64,000 bases of DNA from Candidatus Hydrogenedentota bacterium. Its GTDB lineage: Bacteria; Hydrogenedentota; Hydrogenedentia; Hydrogenedentales; CAITNO01. A program made the position numbers and the translations under genes. The stretch covers positions 4,355 through 68,354 of the forward strand of contig JAKOTZ010000030.1 in assembly GCA_029776995.1 (NCBI GenBank), in the 5' to 3' direction. Position 1 is the stretch's first letter; each line of letters opens with the position of its first letter. The notes beneath the pieces were generated by a model. That model worked only from the letters and a program-made list of their open reading frames with translations, made no database searches and had not been told where the DNA came from. Positions 19,482 through 27,889 of the stretch are shown here, in pieces.

Positions 19482-20366
19482 TTATTTGGAAAGCTCCTGC
19501 GCCATGGCTTCAAAAGCTTTTACGCACTCGGCGATTTCAGGCAGGGAATTGTCCCAGTTGTGTTCGTACTCGATAGAGAAATGGGCCTGAATGCCCTTTT
19601 CCTTCAGGTAACTCAGAATATCTTTCACGTTGCACACGCCTGTTCCCCACACCACATCGTGCGCTTCCCGATTGCCAAATTCATTCAGGTCTTTGAAGTG
19701 AAACGATATGATCCGGCCGGCATCGCCGATCGCTTTTACCGCTTCCACCGGGTTGATGCCGGAGCGGGGCCAGTGGCCCGTGTCACAGCAGGCGCCGATA
19801 TTCTTGCTGACCGACGCGGTGGCTTCAAGCAGCGTCTTGTAGTCGTAATATTTAGATGGCTTGGGGTGGTTATGGATGGCCACTTTGATGCCGTACTCCT
19901 GGGAAAGTTTATCCACCATGGGCAGGGCGGAAGGCAGCGGCTCGGAAACGATAACGCCAATGCCCATCGCTTTGGCGAAGTCAAAAACTTTCCTGGACTC
20001 CGCTTCATCTTTAGGCAGGTTGACCACGCCGTACGCCGCCAGCTGAACCCCTTTGGACGCCAGATAATCTTTGACCTGTTTCTGAAGGTCAGCGTTCATG
20101 TTGTGGTCAAAAACCACGTTTTCCGGCAGGTCTTTGCTCAGCCGCTGCCCCGGATAGGCTTCGATCCACTTGAGTCCGACCGCGGCCGTTTTATCCACCG
20201 CTTCATAAAAGGTAAACCGGTTGAAGCTGTATGCCTGACAGCCCAGCCGCCAGCCCAACGCCTCAGCCGTCGGCGCCCCGTCTGCCAGTTTAGCCTCATC
20301 CGCCACGGTTACGCCCGCGATGAGCAGCAGGCCCAGCGCGGCAAACACTCCTGTTGCGCTCCGCAT
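19482..20366 (-). CDS. Exported sugar phosphate isomerase/epimerase (xylose-isomerase-like TIM barrel)
   Basis: Signal peptide; LGCQAYSF, VAIHNHP, CCDTGHW, HFKD, SIEYE. Confidence 0.88.
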   Translation of the reverse strand: MRSATGVFAALGLLLIAGVTVADEAKLADGAPTAEALGWRLGCQAYSFNRFTFYEAVDKTAAVGLKWIEAYPGQRLSKDLPENVVFDHNMNADLQKQVKDYLASKGVQLAAYGVVNLPKDEAESRKVFDFAKAMGIGVIVSEPLPSALPMVDKLSQEYGIKVAIHNHPKPSKYYDYKTLLEATASVSKNIGACCDTGHWPRSGINPVEAVKAIGDAGRIISFHFKDLNEFGNREAHDVVWGTGVCNVKDILSYLKEKGIQAHFSIEYEHNWDNSLPEIAECVKAFEAMAQELSK

Positions 20367-20472
20367 ATCGAATCTCCTTGTTTTAGGGTTGTGTTTTCGA
20401 CCACCCCTTACGGGGACACTCCGTGAGTATCATACATGCCGCTTCGGCCCCATCCCAACTCAAACGCCCGGA

Positions 20473-22767
20473 TCAGGGGGCAATCCGTCGGGGCACCGCC
20501 AGCCCATCCACAGGACCATACAGGGCTCCTCCGGCGGCAAGGCGTCCCTGGGCCTGGCAGGAAAAGACCGCCCGATCCTCAGAAACAGCCGCGGGAGCTG
20601 TAATCCGGGCGGTAAACGTCAGGGGCAGCGCGGGCGGCGTAATCCACGCGAACTCCACTGCGCTGCCGTCAGCCCGGATGATGGGTGGCGCGGAACCGTT
20701 CAGGATACCGCCCCAGATCCAGCCCTCCGGCAGGGTGAGCACGGCGCCCAGCGCGGACAGCGCGGTACCGCCTGCCCGTGACAGGGTAATCGTAATCTGC
20801 TGATCCTCTCCCGGCGTAAAACACTCCGGCGATATAGCTGAAAGCTGCGCCGCGACCATCGTGTCCAGACCGCCCAGCGGGACCAGCCGGCTTTCAGCGG
20901 GAATACCGGCTCCGACAGACCCATCCGCAAATTGATATTGAACCGTCCCGGATATGGCAGGTATGCCGTTCACCTGAGCGGGCGGACTGATCCGGTAAAC
21001 GGCAGTAAAGGGAAACGTTTCAGGGGCTGTCCAGGAGAATACCAATGTCCCGGATGCGCCTATTTCGGGCTGAACTCCCGGGTCTCCGCCCGATTCCATG
21101 CCGGAGAATGTCCACCCCTCCGGAAGTGTTTCCTGGAGGGTAAGCGTACTGACCTGCCTGCCGCCGCGTTTGTCGAAAGATACGGAAATGGATACCGTGC
21201 CGCCCGGTTCAAAGGCAACCAGCGGAGAACGGCGCAGGTTGACCACGGTTTCCGCGGCATAATCCGTTTCCGGGTTGGCTGGCGGTCCCAGCGATACGGT
21301 CAGCAACACGGCGCTTCCCGGAAGAACGGATGCGCCGGCCGGAGGAAACTGCGCGGCGACACGATCCGCGGGCGTGTCGGTCCGGTGTTCCCAGAAGACA
21401 TCGCCCTGAACCAAGCCGGCACCGGCCAGCGCGGCGGACGCGGCATCCAGATCCAGCCCAGTAACCGACGGAACCGTAACCCGCGGGTCAGACGGATCGG
21501 TCGGCGCGGCCGGATATAAGGTTCCTACAAAAGGGCCGGAGGTTAACTCCGTGGCGATTGTCCTGAACAGAATCGTTCCCGTAAATCCTGCCTGGCCTGA
21601 AGCGTCCGGCGGAGGCCAGACCTGGTACGTAAAAGAACAGGGAAGCGGGGGAATATCAATCCAGGCGAATTCGGCATCCTGGCCGTTCTGCCGGAAGACA
21701 GGAGGCGCGCAGTCTCCTGACACGTTTCCCAGCGTCCATCCGGGGGGAAGGGTTTCCCGGATACCGATGCTGGAGAGCGGAAATATTCCCGTATATGCCG
21801 CCGTCAGGACAACTGTCACCGGCTCTCCGGGAGTGTAAACGCCGTCCGTGGAAAATTTCCGGATCAACATAGCGGAGGCATCCGTGCCGGTACTGCCATT
21901 GCCGGTTGTGGCGGGCAGCTCGCCGATTACCGGCCCATAACTCAGGCTGCCTGCGTCAAAACGGTAGAACAGCGTGCCGCTGAATACCTGGTTTCCGGAC
22001 AGGTCGGCGGGCGCCCGAACCCGATAAGTAAGGCTGACCGGGAAAGCCGGTATAGAGATCCACGCGAATTCCAGATCCCGGCCATTCTGGCGCGCATTAT
22101 CCACGGTCCCGGAGACGATTCCTTCAAAAACCCAGTCGGGAGGAAGGGTTTCCACCAGTCCCAGGGCGGTTATTGAGGCTGTCCCGCTGTACTCCAGGGT
22201 CAGTGTAATGTCTACCGGCAATCCCGGCGAGCAGGCGGACACGCTGAACGCGCGGGTGAAGCTTGGCTGAACTTCCTGGGTTCCACCTCCACCATCTCCC
22301 CCCCCACCATCTCCCCCGCCCCCATCCCCTCCGTCGCCCCCATCATCGCTTTCATCCGGCGCGAATACGCGCACAGTCTGTTCGGCGGAACGGCTGCCCA
22401 GCGGCGTGGACGCGGTCAGCCTGACGGTATATTCTCCCGGCTGTTCAAAGGTGTGGAGCGGTCCTGTTTCCGTGCTGTCCGGGGTTCCGTCTCCAAATTC
22501 CCACCGCCACTTTACCGCAAACAGCCCAAGGGGATACCGCTGTGGCGTCTGGTTCTGGCACAGCACTGTAAGAGGAGCTACTCCCTCCGCGGGATTCACC
22601 GTAAATTTTGGGTTTGGCGCGCCCTGCGGCCCGCAACTGACCGCGAACCACGCCAGAGACCCCATCAGCAGCCACAGCCATCCAGGCCACATAACCGGTT
22701 TTTCCTGCTGGGATGCGGGAGAATCGTCAGGAGGATTCCCCGGCTGTTGGAACCATACTGTATTCAT
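20473..22767 (-). CDS. Surface/lipoprotein: PKD domain, Gly-rich linker, four repeats of about 120 aa and a PASTA domain
   Basis: WRWEFGDG...HTFEQPGEYTVRLT (PKD); VPSVTGLDLDAASAALAGAGL (PASTA); repeats with (E/L)TLP.(G/D)W and (EF/FS)xW; exact start uncertain. Confidence 0.82.
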   Translation of the reverse strand: MNTVWFQQPGNPPDDSPASQQEKPVMWPGWLWLLMGSLAWFAVSCGPQGAPNPKFTVNPAEGVAPLTVLCQNQTPQRYPLGLFAVKWRWEFGDGTPDSTETGPLHTFEQPGEYTVRLTASTPLGSRSAEQTVRVFAPDESDDGGDGGDGGGGDGGGGDGGGGTQEVQPSFTRAFSVSACSPGLPVDITLTLEYSGTASITALGLVETLPPDWVFEGIVSGTVDNARQNGRDLEFAWISIPAFPVSLTYRVRAPADLSGNQVFSGTLFYRFDAGSLSYGPVIGELPATTGNGSTGTDASAMLIRKFSTDGVYTPGEPVTVVLTAAYTGIFPLSSIGIRETLPPGWTLGNVSGDCAPPVFRQNGQDAEFAWIDIPPLPCSFTYQVWPPPDASGQAGFTGTILFRTIATELTSGPFVGTLYPAAPTDPSDPRVTVPSVTGLDLDAASAALAGAGLVQGDVFWEHRTDTPADRVAAQFPPAGASVLPGSAVLLTVSLGPPANPETDYAAETVVNLRRSPLVAFEPGGTVSISVSFDKRGGRQVSTLTLQETLPEGWTFSGMESGGDPGVQPEIGASGTLVFSWTAPETFPFTAVYRISPPAQVNGIPAISGTVQYQFADGSVGAGIPAESRLVPLGGLDTMVAAQLSAISPECFTPGEDQQITITLSRAGGTALSALGAVLTLPEGWIWGGILNGSAPPIIRADGSAVEFAWITPPALPLTFTARITAPAAVSEDRAVFSCQAQGRLAAGGALYGPVDGLAVPRRIAP
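22283..22345 (-). repeat. Coding low-complexity repeat (GGD/GGGGD)n
   Basis: Encodes DDGGDGGDGGGGDGGGGDGGGG. Confidence 0.8.
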
Positions 22768-22772
22768 ACGGT

Positions 22773-24749
22773 TTACCTCGCGGGACCAGTTTCGTTACCG
22801 GGCGTATTTTCGTCCCGGGTATTCGGCACTAGCAACTGTATATCCGGCGGACGCTGCGGCCGGTACGTACAGTGTACATCAGGTTGGCGGAACTCGATCT
22901 TCGGAGCATCCAGGCGCACGGCAATTCCCGCCGCGTGATACGCCCACCAGGACCCCGGGGAACCGCCGGGAAGCGGTCCCGCCCACCGGTATGGCCGTTC
23001 ATCCTGGGAGGAATCCGCATCCTCCGGAGCAAACACACCGGAAGGCATCGCGGGACGGCATTCCACGAACCATCTGCCTGAAGCGCCCACCGATGCGTTG
23101 CCCGACAATACCAGTACATCCGTCCATCCTTCCTCGACGCGCGCCGCCAGGGCCAGTACTTTGCTTACACCGGACAGTTCCCGCGGCACCGGCAGTATCT
23201 GCAGGGAAGACCCTGTCCGCAGGGCCGCCCACAGCGCGTCCGGCGGCAGGGACTCCGGCAGGGTTTCCTCCGAAATATCCAGCAGCCAAACAACCAGGGA
23301 ACGCAGGGTATCGGAAGGTATCGCTTCAGGACAGGGCTCATCCCGGGTCAGCGCATCCAGCAGCGCCAGCGCCTGGGAATGCCGGCCCGCGGCAAACAGG
23401 ACCCGCGCCAGCGCCATGGTACCCCCGCCAGTTCCTTCCATGGTATGGACAGCCGCGCTGTCCCGCACGGCGTTCAGGAAAGCCTGAACTTCCTCCGGAC
23501 CGGGATGAGGAAAAAACCGCGGTGGCAACCCAGATCCACTCTGGCGCAGGGACCGGGCGGCCCAGTACGCCGCGCCATCCGGTTCATCCTGATACAGCCG
23601 AAGCCATGCCATCTGCCAGGCGGCGCGGCTTTCTTCCGGACACCAGGCCAGCACGCGGCGCAACAGGGTTTCCGCCTCATCCGCGCGCTGCTGGCGTACC
23701 AAGATATCCGCCCGCACCACGTAATCGCGGGGATCGCCGGGCAAAGGGACTGCCAGGCGGAGCAGGGCGAGGGCCACCGGCAACCCAGGCAGGACCCGCC
23801 ATAACCGAGAAGGTGGGCAGGCAGTGTCTCTCCCCCGGCTGATGGCCGGACCTGCCAGCATGCCCGCCGCTACCGCAAGCGGCACAGGTCCCGGCGTCCA
23901 GAGTATCGCCACAGGCGCACCTAAAAGGCAGATCAGCGAGGCCAGCACTAATTCCGGATCCCTGCGGACGCGGGCCGCCACAGCCAGTTTCGCTCCGATC
24001 CGCGCCGCCAGGTACAGTACAAGCAGGGTCGCCGGCAGCCGGGCCGGCGTGAACGCGGCGCCTGATGGCGTAACCTCCGCCGAACCCACGCCCAAAAACA
24101 GATACAGCGGGACCAATATGGCGGCAGAAAGGAAGGCCGGGATCAACCAGCCTGCGGCGGTCCAGTTGCGCAGCAGCAGCCCCCGGGCAGCAAGGATACA
24201 GGCCGAGCCGGCACAGATCAGGGTTGCGCCGGCCATAGATTCCGGATCGGGAAACCCGAGCAACGCCATTCCGGAAGGGCTCCAGGCTTCCGGAAAAAAG
24301 ACGCGCAGCTGGACCGCGGCAGTCAACAGCGGCGGTAACGGCGCGCACAGGGCACAGCAGGCCAACGCCACGCGGAATGCCCCGGCATGGCGGGTCGCGT
24401 GGGCAGCGCCCAGAAAGCCGGCCGCCATAACCACTACCATGCCTGGAGATATCCCTGCCGGTTGCAGGGGCGTCGGAACCAGTCCGATCACCGCCAGAAG
24501 CACAACCGGCCACACCAGCTCGAAAGGGACCCTGAGCCGATCGGCCCGTATGCCGGGCAGCGTGAACGCGCATCCGGCCAGCGCGAGAAGAGAAGCCAGA
24601 TCCAACCCGCCGGACGTAAGCTGCTGCAGGGTTCCCCAGGGCAGGGTCGCCGCCGATCCGACAAAGCAGGCGGTGGCCAGACGGTAGAGTTTTTCCGCCC
24701 GGCGCGCGCGCGCGGCCTGTTCAGAGTCACCCCCGGGGAGATCTGTCAT
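22773..24749 (-). CDS. Hypothetical polytopic membrane protein with TPR-like C-terminal region
   Basis: About 10 hydrophobic segments, then AETLLRRVLAWCPEESRAAWQMAWL; start at MTDLPG coupled to the upstream ORF by ATGA. Confidence 0.7.
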   Translation of the reverse strand: MTDLPGGDSEQAARARRAEKLYRLATACFVGSAATLPWGTLQQLTSGGLDLASLLALAGCAFTLPGIRADRLRVPFELVWPVVLLAVIGLVPTPLQPAGISPGMVVVMAAGFLGAAHATRHAGAFRVALACCALCAPLPPLLTAAVQLRVFFPEAWSPSGMALLGFPDPESMAGATLICAGSACILAARGLLLRNWTAAGWLIPAFLSAAILVPLYLFLGVGSAEVTPSGAAFTPARLPATLLVLYLAARIGAKLAVAARVRRDPELVLASLICLLGAPVAILWTPGPVPLAVAAGMLAGPAISRGRDTACPPSRLWRVLPGLPVALALLRLAVPLPGDPRDYVVRADILVRQQRADEAETLLRRVLAWCPEESRAAWQMAWLRLYQDEPDGAAYWAARSLRQSGSGLPPRFFPHPGPEEVQAFLNAVRDSAAVHTMEGTGGGTMALARVLFAAGRHSQALALLDALTRDEPCPEAIPSDTLRSLVVWLLDISEETLPESLPPDALWAALRTGSSLQILPVPRELSGVSKVLALAARVEEGWTDVLVLSGNASVGASGRWFVECRPAMPSGVFAPEDADSSQDERPYRWAGPLPGGSPGSWWAYHAAGIAVRLDAPKIEFRQPDVHCTYRPQRPPDIQLLVPNTRDENTPGNETGPAR

Positions 24750-24967
24750 GGCATGCCCCCCGCGCCTGACAACAGCCGGACAACGCCCGCCCCGTAAAAC
24801 AGCCAAAGCAGGGCGGCGCAGGCCGCCAGCATGCCCGTCAGGAAACGCAGGGCGAGCCGCCGTTCCATCCGGTTCCGCAGATCGGGATCCACTTCCGAAT
24901 TACGCCCAGGCTGAACGACATCGGTTTCACGCGGGGCCGGAACCACGGTCACGCCATCACTCGCCAA
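24746..24967 (-). CDS. Small single-TM hypothetical protein
   Basis: Fills the gap between the kinase and the membrane gene, overlapping both; start codon uncertain. Confidence 0.5.
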   Translation of the reverse strand: MASDGVTVVPAPRETDVVQPGRNSEVDPDLRNRMERRLALRFLTGMLAACAALLWLFYGAGVVRLLSGAGGMP

Positions 24968-27689
24968 GGGCTGCGCGGATCACGCCGCGCAGGTCCGTAA
25001 AATGATAGGGTTTCTGAATAAAGCCGGCAATACCCTTGCCCGCGAAACGTTGGCGGATTTCCTGTTCGGTGTATCCGCTGGCGATGATGGTAGGCAGGTC
25101 CGGGCGCACCTGACGGATTTCCCGGAATACCTCATCTCCGTCCAGGTGCGGCATGGTCAGATCCAGCACCACCAGCCGGAGCGACTGGACATGTTCCTGG
25201 AAAATACGCAGGCAGTCCCACCCATCCACCGCAGTAAGCACAGTGAATCCCATACGTTCCAGCATGCGCTGGCCGATGGCCCGGACGGTTTCTTCATCCT
25301 CCGCGAGCAGCACCAGTCCGTGAGAGGTCCATCTGCTTTCCGGGCGGGCGGCCACAGGCAGAATAACCGCGTCATCGGCGATAGGCAGGAGCACCTTAAA
25401 CGTGGAACCTTTCCCCGGTTCGCTGTACACTTTGATCGCGCCGCCATGTCCCCGGATGATGCCCTGTACGGCAGCCAGTCCCAGCCCGCGTCCCAGGAAC
25501 TTGGTGGTGAAAAACGGGTCGAAAATACGGTCGCGGTCCTGCGGCGGAATGCCGCATCCGGTATCCGACACTTCGATGTACACGTAATCTCCCTCAGGTA
25601 TGGATTCGCTGACAAAAGTGCCCAGGAGATATTGCCGGTCGCAGTTCATGATGCCGGTTGAGATCAGGATTACACCGCTCTTGTTGCCGATAGCCTCCGA
25701 CGCGTTCAGCACGAGGTTCATCAGCACCTGCCGAAGCTGGCTGGAATCCCCCTTGACCGGCGGCAGTCCGGGAAACAGATTCTGACGGATAACCACTTTT
25801 TTAGAGACAGAGATTTCCAGCAGGCGGGTCATGCCCTCGACCAGGCTGTTCAGGTCGACGGTACTGACGTTGATCTGGCCTTTTCCCGCGTAGGCCAGCA
25901 ACTGCCTGCACAGGTCCGCGGCGTGCTGGGAGGCTTTTTCGATTTCTTTCAGGTATCCGATCACTCCGGCGGAGGGATCCAGTTCCTGCATGGCCAGGTC
26001 GGTATTGCCCAGGATGGTCATCAGCAGGTTGTTGAAATCGTGGGCGATGCCGCCGGCCAGCACCCCGATGCTTTCCAGTTTCTGCACGTGCTGCATCTGG
26101 GACTGCCGGCGGATCTGGTCTGTAATATCCCGCAGCATCACGGCATATCCGGATACGCGGCCCTCCGCGTCGCGGACCGGTGTCATTTTGACTTCATCTG
26201 TACGTTTATCCCGGGACGCGGGATCCTGACGCAGGAAAATCCCGGTAAAGGAATCCACTGTTTCCAGCGCATGCGCCAGCCGGCTTAGGTTTTCCGTATT
26301 TTCGGGCGACTCCAGCAGGCTGGAAACAGGCTGCCCCTGCACGTCTGTCGCGTACCGCCGCGCTGCCGCCTGGTTGGCATACTGAATCGACCCGTTCGCG
26401 TCCAGCAGCAGGAACCCGTCTTCCGACTGTTCCAGCGCGGCGGCCAGTGACGCGCGTTCCTGTTCCCGGACACGGCGCGCGGTGACGTCGGTAGCGAACG
26501 CGGCCACCTGGTCCGGATTCAGGCGGAAGATCCGAACAGAAAGCCAGCGTTCCAGGCGCCGGGCGTACTGTTCCATTTCCCGCGGCGCCCCGGTATCCGC
26601 AACGTCCCGCAGCGCGTTAAACCACGCCGGATCGGCCCCTGGAACCAGTTCCATAAAACTGCGGCCTATGATATTTTGGGGAAGCAGCCCCAGATGCTGC
26701 TCTACCGCCGGATTGGCGCGGCTTACGGTGAAATCCACCACCTGGCCGAAACTGTCCCGCACACAGTCCAGCACGCCCATGGCTACCGGAATCTGCGTAA
26801 ACAGGGATCTCAGTTCGCCCTCCATACGCCGGTGTTCGGAGATGTCCCGCAGCACGGCCAGCATGGTCTGCGTCTTTCCCTGCGCCGAACGCTCAGGCAC
26901 TACGCGGCAGTTAATGGTCCGTGTGCCGACCGGGAGAGGCAGGGAAAGTTCTATTTCCACGGTCCGGTTTTCTCCGGCGGCCGTTTCCAGCGCCTGACGA
27001 AACTGTAACAGGGATTGCGGATGAGATATGAGGCTTTCCGGCGGTCCGTTCAGGTACTCTTCGGTGCGCCTGCCCGTCAGCCAGTAAATGTTTGGACTGA
27101 CGTACTGGATGCGCAGGTGCTCGTTGAAGCGCACAATGCAGTCCGGAAGGTTTTCGATCAGGCGGGTATACTGCTGTTCGCTCTGCCGGGAGATGGCCAG
27201 CGCCTGTTCGCTGGCGGAAGTGTCTTCGAACCGGATCTGCGCGTAGATGCGCCCGCCGTGGTACAGAGCCGAAATAATCACATTCCGGGCAATAATGCGT
27301 TCGCCCTCTCCGCAGGAAAAATGAAGAGTTGCCTCGTTGTGCCCCCCTTCAAGCACGCGCCGCGCGGTCTTCTCCAGCATGTCGGCGCGGGTCTCCAATA
27401 CTTCCGGACGCTGGCGCAGGTGAGGGCACTCGCTGGACAGCACTTTCCGGAAAAGGTCGATTCCCCGGTCCGACTGGCGGCAGGTCATGTCGCACAGGGC
27501 GTTACAGGTAACCAGCGACAGCTGGTCATCCACAATCAGCATGCAGTGGCGCAGGTTCCGCAGGGCAAGCCGGATAAGTTCCGCGGCAGAACCGTCCGGT
27601 TCCCGCGGCAATGCTTCCCCCGGCGCGTGACCGTCCGGCCTGCTCACCTGTCCCCCTTTATGCCGGGACTCCATGGGAACATCCTGCAT
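24957..27689 (-). CDS. Multi-PAS hybrid sensor histidine kinase/response regulator
   Basis: PAS repeats; GGIAHDFNNLL (H box), QVLMNLVLNASEA, DTGCG, FDPFFTTK, GRGLGL; receiver LDLTMP, QKPY. Confidence 0.93.
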   Translation of the reverse strand: MQDVPMESRHKGGQVSRPDGHAPGEALPREPDGSAAELIRLALRNLRHCMLIVDDQLSLVTCNALCDMTCRQSDRGIDLFRKVLSSECPHLRQRPEVLETRADMLEKTARRVLEGGHNEATLHFSCGEGERIIARNVIISALYHGGRIYAQIRFEDTSASEQALAISRQSEQQYTRLIENLPDCIVRFNEHLRIQYVSPNIYWLTGRRTEEYLNGPPESLISHPQSLLQFRQALETAAGENRTVEIELSLPLPVGTRTINCRVVPERSAQGKTQTMLAVLRDISEHRRMEGELRSLFTQIPVAMGVLDCVRDSFGQVVDFTVSRANPAVEQHLGLLPQNIIGRSFMELVPGADPAWFNALRDVADTGAPREMEQYARRLERWLSVRIFRLNPDQVAAFATDVTARRVREQERASLAAALEQSEDGFLLLDANGSIQYANQAAARRYATDVQGQPVSSLLESPENTENLSRLAHALETVDSFTGIFLRQDPASRDKRTDEVKMTPVRDAEGRVSGYAVMLRDITDQIRRQSQMQHVQKLESIGVLAGGIAHDFNNLLMTILGNTDLAMQELDPSAGVIGYLKEIEKASQHAADLCRQLLAYAGKGQINVSTVDLNSLVEGMTRLLEISVSKKVVIRQNLFPGLPPVKGDSSQLRQVLMNLVLNASEAIGNKSGVILISTGIMNCDRQYLLGTFVSESIPEGDYVYIEVSDTGCGIPPQDRDRIFDPFFTTKFLGRGLGLAAVQGIIRGHGGAIKVYSEPGKGSTFKVLLPIADDAVILPVAARPESRWTSHGLVLLAEDEETVRAIGQRMLERMGFTVLTAVDGWDCLRIFQEHVQSLRLVVLDLTMPHLDGDEVFREIRQVRPDLPTIIASGYTEQEIRQRFAGKGIAGFIQKPYHFTDLRGVIRAALGE

Positions 27690-27759
27690 GAGTAAACTTC
27701 CAATTCGCCTCCCAGCAAATGCACCAAGGCCTGCATGCTAAAACAGTAAAGCCCGTGAA

Positions 27760-27788
27760 ATAATACACCAATTCCTGCTTACAGTCAA
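27760..27788 (-). promoter_or_regulatory. Sigma70-like promoter for the hybrid kinase operon
   Basis: Minus strand TTGACT-N17-TATTAT. Confidence 0.55.
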
Positions 27789-27889
27789 CAAAAACATATA
27801 CAGAAAACATTTACCGCGCCTAGCCTTGAAATGCTCCCTGCAAAGCACTCAGCCAACGTCCTGGAAGATCGGTTGGAAAACCACAAACC

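Noticed and set aside
22283-22345. Short tandem repeat considered as a CRISPR or contingency locus
   Set aside because: It has no spacers and encodes a Gly/Asp linker in frame. The C-run near 22298-22305 is part of the Gly codons, and the gene is intact.
27843-27870. AGCACTC resembling a CIRCE half-site
   Set aside because: The second half-site (GAGTGCTAA) is absent, and no chaperone gene is adjacent.
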